From: an uncultured Erysipelothrix sp.
GTDB lineage: Bacteria > Bacillota_I > Bacilli_A > Erysipelotrichales > Erysipelotrichaceae
Direction: 5' to 3'
Assembly (NCBI GenBank): GCA_964440875.1
Contig: CAYTTS010000002.1
Span: 1 to 56,872, forward strand
DNA length: 56,872 nucleotides
Part shown: one piece after another, positions 24,469 to 33,471 of the stretch
How the letters are laid out: the number at the start of each line of letters is the position of its first letter
How positions within the stretch are numbered: the first letter of the stretch is position 1
Notes under the pieces: model-generated
Seen by the model: the letters and a program-made list of their open reading frames with translations, nothing else
What the model was told of the DNA's origin: nothing
The model's database searches: none
Position numbers and translations under genes: made by a program

Positions 24469-25498
24469 TGGTTGTGGAAGTGTTTTACAAGATAGTGATA
24501 ATAATAAAATAGGTTATAGTCCTAATTTAGAAAATGAACTATGTCAAAGATGCTTTAGAATAAAACATTATGATGACTTATCAAGATCATATAAAGATGA
24601 TTTCGATAATTTTGATATTTTAAATACGATAAATGAACGTGATGACCTAGTCTTATGGGTTTGTGACTTATTTGATTTTGATAGTAATATTATCTCAGGT
24701 TTAAATCGTCACTTACTTAATAAAGATATTATCTTAGTTGGAACTAAAAGAGATTTACTTCCAGATACATTAGGTAATCAAAAACTAGTTTCATTTATCC
24801 AAAAGCGATTAAACTTCTATGGTATTAATGTTTTAGGAATGGTTTTCACAGGTGACTATGGTCATTATGGAAGTGATACTGTCTTAAATGTTATTGAAAA
24901 ATATCGTGATGGTCGTGATGTCGTTATTATGGGACAAGCAAATGTTGGTAAATCAACATTAATTAATGCGATGGCAGAAACAGATATAACAATATCTAAA
25001 TATCCGGGAACGACACTAGATTTAATTAGTATACCAATGGATGGTTATACACTATATGATACACCTGGATTAATTAGAAAAGATAATATGCAGTACTATG
25101 CTGATGATAAAGATTTAGATGTAATAGTACCTAAGAAAATTAAGCCGAAAGTATTTCAAATACATCAAGATTCAAGTTTCACAATCTCAGGCTTAGCTCA
25201 GATTCAAATTGAAGTAAGTAAGAGAACATCAGTTATTTTCTACGTTAATGATCGCTTAAATATCCATCGTGCAAATCTAAGTAATAAAGATAGCCAATGG
25301 GAACGAGAATATAATGATGAAAATAACGTTAAAGTAGAAGGTGAATATGCTGAAACTATTACACTTCCTATTAGTAAAAATGACTTTGATATTGTAATTA
25401 ATGGTTTAGGTTTTATTAACTGTAAGAGTGGAGTTAAATCAGTTAAAGTATTAAGAAATGAAAATGTAGAAGTATTAATAAGGGAGGCAATTGTATGA
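24455..25498 (+). CDS. yqeH: Ribosome biogenesis GTPase YqeH
   Basis: N-terminal CNGCG...CQRC zinc finger and circularly permuted GTPase motifs (GTKRD, GQANVGKST, DTPG). Confidence 0.94.
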   Translation: MKKCNGCGSVLQDSDNNKIGYSPNLENELCQRCFRIKHYDDLSRSYKDDFDNFDILNTINERDDLVLWVCDLFDFDSNIISGLNRHLLNKDIILVGTKRDLLPDTLGNQKLVSFIQKRLNFYGINVLGMVFTGDYGHYGSDTVLNVIEKYRDGRDVVIMGQANVGKSTLINAMAETDITISKYPGTTLDLISIPMDGYTLYDTPGLIRKDNMQYYADDKDLDVIVPKKIKPKVFQIHQDSSFTISGLAQIQIEVSKRTSVIFYVNDRLNIHRANLSNKDSQWEREYNDENNVKVEGEYAETITLPISKNDFDIVINGLGFINCKSGVKSVKVLRNENVEVLIREAIV

Positions 25499-25788
25499 AA
25501 TTAAACAATGCACAAAAGAAACAATTAAAAGCTTTAGGTAATCCACTTAAAGCGGTATTAACAATAGGAAAAGATGGTATCAAGGATGATATGTTTATAA
25601 ACTTAAATCAAGCACTAGTTGCTCATGAGTTAGTTAAGGTAAATATATTAAAAACATCAAGTATTACGGCAAACGAAGCAGCAATTTTACTTTCTAGCAA
25701 TACAAAGAGTGAAATTGTAAGTATTGTTGGTCGCGTAATTGTTCTATACAAACAAAGCGATAAAAAATTAATTCAGTTGGTAAAATAA
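25495..25788 (+). CDS. yhbY: YhbY/CRS1 family RNA-binding protein
   Basis: 97 aa, QKKQLKALGNPLKAVLTIGKDGI...ELVKV pattern, syntenic position. Confidence 0.9.
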   Translation: MKLNNAQKKQLKALGNPLKAVLTIGKDGIKDDMFINLNQALVAHELVKVNILKTSSITANEAAILLSSNTKSEIVSIVGRVIVLYKQSDKKLIQLVK

Positions 25789-26789
25789 TGAAGATTGGTT
25801 TATTTGGTGGAAGTTTTGATCCAATCCACATAGGTCATATTGAACTTGCTAATAAGGCGATAAAGGATTTAGACTTAGATGAATTATGGTTTATCGTAGC
25901 TTATGATCAAGCCTTAAAGGATGATCATTTTGCTAGTTTTGAAGATCGGGTTGCTCTTGCTGAAATTGCTGTTAGAAATAATCCTAAATTGAAAGTTATC
26001 ACAATTGAAAAAGATCTTCCAAAGCCATCATACACTTACAATACAATACTTAAGCTAAAAGAAACTTATCCAGAAGATGAATTTGTTTGGATTATGGGTT
26101 CTGATAATCTTAAGACATTAGATAAGTGGTATAGAATTGATGATTTAAAAGAATTGATTGAGTTTGTTATTATTAGAAGAGATCAAGATGAACTTAAAGA
26201 TTATAAATATATTGATTTTGATAATGAAGCATCATCGACAAAAATACGTGAAGGTGAGTTTAAATATCTAGATCTTAAGGTATTAAACGAAATTATTAAA
26301 CGACGTCTTTATATTGAAAATCTAGTATATAATAACTTAAGTGATAAGCGTGCAAAACATAGCATCAGTGTAAAAGATCTAGCTTTGGAAATTGCAGAAT
26401 ATTATGATTTTAATGAGAGTGAAGTTTACTTAGCAAGTATATTGCATGATATTACAAAAGAGTTGGCAGTTGAAGAGTCTCTAAAAATTATGAATGATCA
26501 CTACAGTGAACACTTACATTATCATCCAAAAGTTCACCACCAATTTACGGCTGAGTATTATCTCAAAAATAAATTATTAATTGATAATGAAAATATCTTA
26601 TCAGCAATCAAAAGTCATACGACTGGCGATAATGAAAGTGAATTAGCGATGCTAATATATCTAAGTGATAAACTTGAGAGAAATCGTAAGTATCCAGTTG
26701 AAGAATATATAAAACTAAGTAAAAAAGATTTAAAAGAAGCCTTTAAACTTGTTAAAGCAGAGGCAGAAAGTAAAAGAAAGAAGGTATAG
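25788..26789 (+). CDS. nadD: Fusion protein: NadD-like nucleotidyltransferase (N) + YqeK HD-domain Ap4A hydrolase (C)
   Basis: N-terminus GGSFDPIHIGH and SSTKIR. C-terminal HD motifs RAKHSISV and ILHDITK. One uninterrupted 333-aa frame where Bacillus has two genes. Confidence 0.85.
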   Translation: MKIGLFGGSFDPIHIGHIELANKAIKDLDLDELWFIVAYDQALKDDHFASFEDRVALAEIAVRNNPKLKVITIEKDLPKPSYTYNTILKLKETYPEDEFVWIMGSDNLKTLDKWYRIDDLKELIEFVIIRRDQDELKDYKYIDFDNEASSTKIREGEFKYLDLKVLNEIIKRRLYIENLVYNNLSDKRAKHSISVKDLALEIAEYYDFNESEVYLASILHDITKELAVEESLKIMNDHYSEHLHYHPKVHHQFTAEYYLKNKLLIDNENILSAIKSHTTGDNESELAMLIYLSDKLERNRKYPVEEYIKLSKKDLKEAFKLVKAEAESKRKKV

Positions 26790-26791
26790 AT

Positions 26792-27136
26792 TTGAATAAT
26801 ATACTTGTAGAAAAAATAGTAAAACTAGTCGATGATAAGTTTGCAGAAAATGTTAATGTTATTGACTTTAAAAGAGAAAATCCGTTTACAGATTACTTTG
26901 TGATTTGTGATGTTGATAGCTCACGTCAGATTGAGGCTATTGTAAATGAAATAGTTAAACAAGATAAAGAAGGTGACCTTGAATTAAGAGCCATAGATGG
27001 AAATTCTAATAGTGGTTGGGTAGTTCTAGACCTTTATGATCTTGTCTTACACGTCTTTACAAAAGAGAGTAGAGCTGAATATGAACTTGATAAACTATTT
27101 ATCAAGTATCCACAAACACTAAAGAGCAATGTATAA
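26792..27136 (+). CDS. rsfS: Ribosome silencing factor RsfS
   Basis: TTG start behind GAAGGT. DYFVICDVDSSRQIEAI and WVVLDLYDLVLHVF motifs. Confidence 0.92.
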   Translation: MNNILVEKIVKLVDDKFAENVNVIDFKRENPFTDYFVICDVDSSRQIEAIVNEIVKQDKEGDLELRAIDGNSNSGWVVLDLYDLVLHVFTKESRAEYELDKLFIKYPQTLKSNV

Positions 27137-27821
27137 GCGTTTAGCCAAATACTATGATGCCTTATTAAAAGATGATGAGGCAGTTTCATGGTGGACAGAT
27201 TTTACAAATAGACATCAAAAGGGTAGTTCAATCTTAGAACTTGCCTCAGGTACTGGGGAAATCAGTTTAAAATTAGCAGAAAATTATGATCTTTACGCAA
27301 CTGACCTTTCTCAAGAAATGCTGGAAGAGATTAAGATTAAAGATCTTGATAATAAAATTAAGAGTATTGAAAAACTTGATATGTTAGAATTATCTGAGCT
27401 TAATAAATATGATAATGTTATTTGTTACTGTGATAGTATTAATTATTTAGATTCTTATGATAAATTAGAAAAAGTAATTTCTAATGTCTATAAGTCATTA
27501 AAGGCTGGTGGAGTATTTCTCTTTGATATGCATACACCTGATCGTCTAGTTGAATTTGAAGAAGCTTATATTGAAGTTGGTACTTTACATGGTACTGATT
27601 ATCAGTGGACAATAAGTAAAGAAGATGACTTTATTTACCATCATTTTGTTTTCTATGAAGATGAGATGATCCAGGAAAATCATATTCAAATGGTATTTGA
27701 TTATAATAAAGTATTAAAAATCTTAAATGATACTGGATTTAGTGTTGAAGTTTTTACTGACTTTGATACAGAAGGTATTAGTGAAGGTGAAAAATATTTT
27801 ATTGTTGCTAATAAGAAATAA
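27129..27821 (+). CDS. Class I SAM-dependent methyltransferase (YqeM-like)
   Basis: ILELASGTGEIS SAM motif I. Last gene of the yqe block. Confidence 0.85.
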   Translation: MYKRLAKYYDALLKDDEAVSWWTDFTNRHQKGSSILELASGTGEISLKLAENYDLYATDLSQEMLEEIKIKDLDNKIKSIEKLDMLELSELNKYDNVICYCDSINYLDSYDKLEKVISNVYKSLKAGGVFLFDMHTPDRLVEFEEAYIEVGTLHGTDYQWTISKEDDFIYHHFVFYEDEMIQENHIQMVFDYNKVLKILNDTGFSVEVFTDFDTEGISEGEKYFIVANKK

Positions 27822-27822
27822 G

Positions 27823-27846
27823 AAAACCTGCTATGGCAGGTTTTTT
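27823..27846. terminator. Bidirectional terminator between convergent genes
   Basis: AAAACCTGC-TATG-GCAGGTTTT with flanking A and T runs. Overlaps the stop of the minus-strand kinase gene. Confidence 0.8.
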
Positions 27847-28652
27847 AGTTTCTGGTTGTATTCAGTTTTGATTTGAGCTAATTTAATCTTACTAATTGTT
27901 AAATATATTTCTTCACCTCGAAGTGTATACATCATATTAGCCCAAAGATACCAAAGTATATTATTAATGTCACGATACATCATTAAGATATCTTGCTCTT
28001 CTTCACTTATTCCTTTTGGAAAGATGTAAGAGAGGAATTCTTTTATTTGATCATCACTTAAATCATTTTCAGTTATAAATGACATAATGTCAAAATAGCG
28101 ATCATTAAGTCCGCTATATTCATAGTCGATAAGATAAGTATTATCATCTTTAAAACAAATATTTCCACTTACCCAATCATTATGACAAAGTGTAGGCTCA
28201 AACTCATGTTTTTTAAGTTTGTCAAAAAGACTTTTGTAATCATCGAGTTTAATCTCAATATTTTTTGTATATTTCATATACTTGTCAATCATTTCTAATG
28301 GATTAAAGTGATGCTTAACTTTAATTTCTAAACTGTGTAGTTTATTCATCAAATTAGCAACTTTTTTTATCTTATCAACTTCATTATATTCATCAAAGTT
28401 CTCTAAGTTTTCATCATAGGCAACGACTTGGATACCATCTTTATAGTATATTGGATTAATGACAAAATCTTTATCTTTTAATAAGTTTAAAACCAATTGC
28501 TCATTACTACGATTAAAGAGATCTTTAGTATCAGATTTTGGTATTCTGACAATATAGTTTACTTTATCAATATCAATAAGATAGTTATCATTAGTTAACC
28601 CTAAGTTAATTTTTCTTGCATTACTATATTTAAAAGGGATGTTTAGACTCAT
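27831..28652 (-). CDS. Choline/ethanolamine kinase-like phosphotransferase (APH/ChoK fold)
   Basis: Brenner motif CHNDWVSGN and choline-kinase motif IDYEYSGLNDRYFDI. Confidence 0.85.
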   Translation of the reverse strand: MSLNIPFKYSNARKINLGLTNDNYLIDIDKVNYIVRIPKSDTKDLFNRSNEQLVLNLLKDKDFVINPIYYKDGIQVVAYDENLENFDEYNEVDKIKKVANLMNKLHSLEIKVKHHFNPLEMIDKYMKYTKNIEIKLDDYKSLFDKLKKHEFEPTLCHNDWVSGNICFKDDNTYLIDYEYSGLNDRYFDIMSFITENDLSDDQIKEFLSYIFPKGISEEEQDILMMYRDINNILWYLWANMMYTLRGEEIYLTISKIKLAQIKTEYNQKLKNLP

Positions 28653-28734
28653 ACTTTCACCTCCATTTAACTATATCATAATTAAATATCTATTACATTA
28701 TGATATAATAAATAAAGTATTGGAGATTGATGAT

Positions 28735-30372
28735 ATGAGAGTTTTACTAACGACTTTTAACTCAGCTTATATACATAAAAATTTAGCTTTAAGATGGCTT
28801 TATGTTAATAAACCAGAATCGGTATATGCTGAAATTAAAGAGTATACAATAAATGATGAATTAGATGAGATGGTTAATTACATATTAGATAACAATTTTG
28901 ATGCTGTTGGTCTTAGTGTTTATATATGGAATATAAATGAAACACTGTATGTGATTGACGAAGTTCGTAAGGTTAATAAAGATATAAAACTTGTTTTAGG
29001 TGGACCTGAAGTAACTTATGAAAATGATGAGATTTTCGACCATGAAATTGATGGAATAGTACTTGGTGAGGGCGAACGAGTTTTTTGGGACTTTATAATT
29101 GACAATGACGAAACTTTTGTTAAGGTTAAGGCTAATGATTTTAAGCCGGTTAAAAAAGAAGACCTTAATTATCTTGAGACAGTTTCAAGTCCATACACTT
29201 TGGATATTGATAAAGAACATATGTCAAATCAATATCTGTATGTTGAAACTAGTCGAGGTTGTCCTTTTAGATGTTCTTACTGTCTGTCATCATTAGATAA
29301 TAATGTTAGATTTTTTAGTATGGATTATCTAGCTGACCTTTTTGAAGATATTAAAGAGTATCCTATTAATCAAGTAAAGTTTTTAGATAGAACATTTAAT
29401 GCTCATAAAGAGCGTACTAAAGAGATGTATGCTATGTTGGAGAAATATCATAATATTGAAAGTTTCCAAGTTGAGATAGTTGCCGATAGATTAAGTGATG
29501 ATCTAATTGAAATGATTATAGATCCTATTAATAAAGATCGTTATCGCTATGAGATAGGCATTCAGTCATATAATCAGCGAACATTAGAATCGGTAGATAG
29601 AAGACAAGATAATGAGCGTTTAAATGAAGTTATGAAAATATTATTAGAACATGGTGTCGTTATCCATGCTGATTTAATTGCGGGTCTTCCATATGAAGGT
29701 TTAGAGAGTTTTAAAAAGTCATTTAATGAGTTGGCTAATGTTTATCCAACTGAGCTTCAATTAGGTATCCTTAAGCTTTTAAAGGGTACTAAGATGAAAG
29801 ATGAAGCCTTAGAATTAGATTTTAAGTATAGTCTTGAGGCTCCATATGAAGTATATAAGACACCATGGTTAAATAAAGCTGAGATGGAAGATATTAATAC
29901 GGCTGCAAAAGGTGTTGATAGAAGTTTAAATAGAAATATTTTAGAAACATTTGTTAAATATTTAAATGAGAACTACTATCACGGTGATCTTTTTGCTCTT
30001 TATTTTAAGCTAGGTGAAGTCTTTAATGATTTAGGTATTGCTTATCAAAAACATCAACTCTTTATGGAAGTTTATAATAGTTTTAAAAATAAGATTGATC
30101 CAAATATCTTGAAAACTCTTTTAAGTATTGATTACTTTAGAGGAGAAAAACAAAAACCAAAGATATTATTTAAACAAGAAGATATTCATAGTATTAGTCG
30201 TAGGATTACTGATAAAGCTTACTTAAGTCAGAATGATGCCTATAGATATACGCGAATTTTTAAAGATTATCGTTATGAAGATGCCTATGTAGTTGCCTTA
30301 TTTAACAATAGACAAGAAGCATGTACACTTTATCATATCGATTTTAAGGAGGATATATGCGAAAAGATTTAG
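28735..30372 (+). CDS. B12-binding-domain radical SAM protein with a DUF4080-type C-terminus
   Basis: N-terminal cobalamin-binding-like fold and the radical SAM cluster motif CPFRCSYC. Start moved from 28639 to ATG 28735 (MRVLLTTFNSAYIH). Confidence 0.85.
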   Translation: MRVLLTTFNSAYIHKNLALRWLYVNKPESVYAEIKEYTINDELDEMVNYILDNNFDAVGLSVYIWNINETLYVIDEVRKVNKDIKLVLGGPEVTYENDEIFDHEIDGIVLGEGERVFWDFIIDNDETFVKVKANDFKPVKKEDLNYLETVSSPYTLDIDKEHMSNQYLYVETSRGCPFRCSYCLSSLDNNVRFFSMDYLADLFEDIKEYPINQVKFLDRTFNAHKERTKEMYAMLEKYHNIESFQVEIVADRLSDDLIEMIIDPINKDRYRYEIGIQSYNQRTLESVDRRQDNERLNEVMKILLEHGVVIHADLIAGLPYEGLESFKKSFNELANVYPTELQLGILKLLKGTKMKDEALELDFKYSLEAPYEVYKTPWLNKAEMEDINTAAKGVDRSLNRNILETFVKYLNENYYHGDLFALYFKLGEVFNDLGIAYQKHQLFMEVYNSFKNKIDPNILKTLLSIDYFRGEKQKPKILFKQEDIHSISRRITDKAYLSQNDAYRYTRIFKDYRYEDAYVVALFNNRQEACTLYHIDFKEDICEKI

Positions 30373-30932
30373 TAGTTGTTAGTAATAATGAAGGAAAGAT
30401 AAAAGAATTTAAAAATATATTAAAAGATTTTAATGTTTTAAGTTTAAAGGATTTAAATATTGATATTGACGTAGTTGAGGATGCAGATACCTTTGAAGGT
30501 AACGCTAGTTTAAAAGTTCAAGCATTAATGGACAAATATGACTATGTAGTTGCCGATGATTCAGGTTTAGAAATTACGGCCTTAGATAATCAACCTGGTG
30601 TATATAGTGCTAGGTTTCTAGGGGAGGATACTCCTTATAGTGAAAAAAATGATATCGTTATTGAAATGTTAAAAGATAAAGAAGATCGTAGCGCCAGATT
30701 TATTAGTGTTATTGCTTTTGCTAATAAAGGTGAAATTTCACTTTTTAAAGGTATAATTGAAGGAAGCATTGCTGATTGTCAAAAAGGTGATAATGGTTTT
30801 GGTTATGATCCAATCTTCTATATTAAAGAGTATGATAAATCTATGGCAGAGTTATCAGTAGATATAAAAGATAAAATCAGTCATCGTGCTAAGGCATTAA
30901 GTAAGTTAAAGGAGTTTATTGAAAATGAGTAA
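30357..30932 (+). CDS. rdgB: dITP/XTP pyrophosphatase (RdgB/HAM1)
   Basis: SNNEGKIKEF, DSGLE, FGYDPIF and SHRAKA motifs. SD AAGGAGG. Confidence 0.94.
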   Translation: MRKDLVVVSNNEGKIKEFKNILKDFNVLSLKDLNIDIDVVEDADTFEGNASLKVQALMDKYDYVVADDSGLEITALDNQPGVYSARFLGEDTPYSEKNDIVIEMLKDKEDRSARFISVIAFANKGEISLFKGIIEGSIADCQKGDNGFGYDPIFYIKEYDKSMAELSVDIKDKISHRAKALSKLKEFIENE

Positions 30933-31623
30933 AAGAGCAATTAATGTTACAAGAATATTAACAATCTTTATGTTTATATTTGCAACACTATCGGCAGTTA
31001 CCCTAAGTGTATTTGAAGTAGATTTTTATTCTAAGGTTCAAAAAGAGAATAATGTTGCAGAGATGATGGGATTAAGTGAGAAAGAATTAGAAGAGGCTAC
31101 CTTAGTCTCGCTTTTATACACTAAGGGCTATACAGATGATCTTTCTTATTATATTGAAAGAGATAATCAAAAAATTGATATTTATTCTGCACAGGATAAA
31201 GAACACATGATTGATGTCGCAAATCTTTATAGTAAAGCATATAGTTTTTTAATTTTTAGTAGTGTGATTATCTTAGTTTTATCAGTATATCTACTTATAA
31301 TTCGTAAAGAGGTTACTGTTTTCACCTTAACAGAGACGATAAATAGAACATCACTTTATACACTTGTTTTTGTGGCTTTTATCGGTATTTTCGCTTTTGC
31401 AAACTTCAATGTATTTTGGACGATGTTTCATAAAGTATTCTTTAGTAACGATCTTTGGTTAATGAATCCAAATGTAGATGCCTTAGTGAACTTATTTCCA
31501 GAAGCATTATTTAGTGCTTTAGTATTTAAAATATTGTTTAGATTTATCATGATATTTGGATTAATTAATATTTCGGCCTTTGCCTATAGATTACTTAGTA
31601 TCCGAGGTTATAAAAATGATTAA
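30925..31623 (+). CDS. TIGR01906/DUF1461 family membrane protein (the family that includes lipoprotein intramolecular transacylase Lit)
   Basis: 4 TM helices and the conserved C-terminal FHKVFFSNDLWLMNPNVDALVNLFPEALF. The start is either ATG 30925 or TTG 30919. Confidence 0.75.
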   Translation: MSKRAINVTRILTIFMFIFATLSAVTLSVFEVDFYSKVQKENNVAEMMGLSEKELEEATLVSLLYTKGYTDDLSYYIERDNQKIDIYSAQDKEHMIDVANLYSKAYSFLIFSSVIILVLSVYLLIIRKEVTVFTLTETINRTSLYTLVFVAFIGIFAFANFNVFWTMFHKVFFSNDLWLMNPNVDALVNLFPEALFSALVFKILFRFIMIFGLINISAFAYRLLSIRGYKND

Positions 31624-32128
31624 TATAGTTTTATTTGCACCTGAGATTCCAAGTAATACAGGAAATATAATGCGTACTAGTATGGCTAGTAATACTAACC
31701 TTATCTTAATTAGACCACTTGGATTTCAATTAAGTGATAAATATTTAAAGAGGTCAGGAATGGACTATGTTAAAGATACAGACTATACGATATATGATAG
31801 TTTTGAGGAGTTTGAGGAAGCAAATGATGGTGAGTACTACTTAATATCTAGATATGGTAAAAAGACTTACAGTGACGAAGTATTCGATACTGATAAAAAT
31901 ATATATTTGATCTTTGGAAATGAGAGTAGTGGCTTAAGTAAGGAAATATTAAGTAAGTATAAAGATAGAGCCTTAAGAATACCAATGGTAGATAATGCGC
32001 GTAGCTTAAATCTGGCCAATACAGTCGCACTAGTTACATATGAGGTGCACCGTCAAAGAGGTTTTGAAAACTTAAGTAAAACAGAAGTTATCAAAGGAGC
32101 TGATTTTATTGACAAAACAACAATATAA
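31616..32128 (+). CDS. trmL: tRNA (cytidine/uridine34-2'-O)-methyltransferase TrmL (SpoU family)
   Basis: IVLFAPEIPSNTGNIMRT, LIFGNESSGL and IPM..ARSLNLANTVA motifs. Start moved to ATG 31616, behind GAGGT. Confidence 0.92.
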   Translation: MINIVLFAPEIPSNTGNIMRTSMASNTNLILIRPLGFQLSDKYLKRSGMDYVKDTDYTIYDSFEEFEEANDGEYYLISRYGKKTYSDEVFDTDKNIYLIFGNESSGLSKEILSKYKDRALRIPMVDNARSLNLANTVALVTYEVHRQRGFENLSKTEVIKGADFIDKTTI

Positions 32129-32657
32129 ATTAGAGAAAATTGTTCTGGTAACTTTATTTATTATTGCCCTTTCTTTTATTATTAAGTCTTTAGTTTCTGA
32201 ACTTTATATCGGATATATTTTACTTAGTAGTAACGGTTTAAATGAAGTTATAATTAGGATTACCGAACTGCCACTTTTAAATGATCTTTACATTGTAAAT
32301 CTAGTAAAATCATTTAGTGATGTAAATATATCGATATTTAAATTTGTCGAGGCTATTGAGTTTAATCATGTTGTTGGTCCTATTTTATTCTTATTAATTT
32401 ACGATATTAATCGTGTAATATTTAAAAGTAGGTCATTAAAGCTTGGGATAATATCTTTCTATATATTAATATTCTTTAAGTATGTTATCCTCTTAGCTAT
32501 TGCCTTATTTGTTTCGCCATTCTTAATAAATCCTCGATTATTATTTTCAATCATCGGATTTATATTAATAATATTAGAATTTATCTTAGTAATTTCATTA
32601 GCATTGATATCCTATGGTGTAGTTAGAATATCGATGAGAAAAGAGGCTGTATGTTAG
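32109..32657 (+). CDS. Hypothetical polytopic membrane protein
   Basis: 182 aa, about 5 hydrophobic helices, TTG start 9 nt after AAGGAG. No family recognised. Confidence 0.55.
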   Translation: MTKQQYKLEKIVLVTLFIIALSFIIKSLVSELYIGYILLSSNGLNEVIIRITELPLLNDLYIVNLVKSFSDVNISIFKFVEAIEFNHVVGPILFLLIYDINRVIFKSRSLKLGIISFYILIFFKYVILLAIALFVSPFLINPRLLFSIIGFILIILEFILVISLALISYGVVRISMRKEAVC

Positions 32658-32812
32658 AATCAATGAACGACTATATTTCTTTTATCATTTTAATCTTAAT
32701 AATTGTTTTCTTTATTATTCAACTACTTTCGACTATATTTAAGAGTATTGAAATAGCGAGAATTAGACGTGCTATGATAAGAAGAGATAAAGAAATCAAG
32801 GGAGAATCTTAA
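32651..32812 (+). CDS. Hypothetical 53-aa single-pass membrane peptide
   Basis: MLESMNDYISFIILILIIVFFIIQLLSTIF followed by a basic tail RIRRAMIRRDKEIKGES. The ATG overlaps the upstream stop (ATGTTAG). Below the ORF-track cutoff. Confidence 0.4.
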   Translation: MLESMNDYISFIILILIIVFFIIQLLSTIFKSIEIARIRRAMIRRDKEIKGES

Positions 32813-32974
32813 GTCATAATAATTACTTTTTCAATTTAAATAGATTATTATTATTATCACTTTAGCTTATGAGTATATAACTTGTTTTTAATTAAAAACT
32901 GATATAACATTTAATACATAAGTTAAAAAAGAAAGATTTAACATTATACATATGTTGATAAGAAAGAGGTTATT

Positions 32975-33427
32975 ATGAGAAAAGAAATTAACTCAAAAGA
33001 TGTTGCTAAACTATGTAACTCATTTTCCCAAGTACTAAAAGTGGGAGATAATGTTTATGTATCGGGTCAGATGGGTGTCGATATTAACTCTAATATCCCA
33101 AAAAGCCTAGAAGAGCAAATGGATAATTTATTTGCTAATGCGAACAAGTTATTTAAAGAGATGAATATGCATATTAATCAAGTTGTAAAGGCGAGCGTTT
33201 TTGTTAAAAGTTCAGTTGATTTAGCACAATTTGAAGAACTATATATTAAAAACTTTAAATTTCCATATCCAGCTAGAAGTCTAGCCATTGTTGAAGCGTT
33301 AAGTGTTGAAGATGCTTTAGTTGAAATATCATTTGATGCAATTGATTTAAGTGCATACCAAATTATGAATCAATGTGATGAAGTTGGTTGTAATGATTGC
33401 GAAAATGATGATTGCGAATATAACTAA
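32975..33427 (+). CDS. RidA/YjgF family protein with a Cys-rich acidic C-terminal tail
   Basis: A YjgF-like core (VYVSGQMG...; ARSLAIVEAL..DALVEI) plus the tail CDEVGCNDCENDDCEYN. Confidence 0.85.
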   Translation: MRKEINSKDVAKLCNSFSQVLKVGDNVYVSGQMGVDINSNIPKSLEEQMDNLFANANKLFKEMNMHINQVVKASVFVKSSVDLAQFEELYIKNFKFPYPARSLAIVEALSVEDALVEISFDAIDLSAYQIMNQCDEVGCNDCENDDCEYN

Positions 33428-33435
33428 TAATTAAG

Positions 33436-33464
33436 AAATCCCAGTTTAAATTAAACTGGGATTT
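33436..33464. terminator. Bidirectional terminator between RidA and CapA genes
   Basis: AAATCCCAGTTT-AAATT-AAACTGGGATTT perfect 12-bp stem. Confidence 0.85.
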
Positions 33465-33471
33465 TATATAT

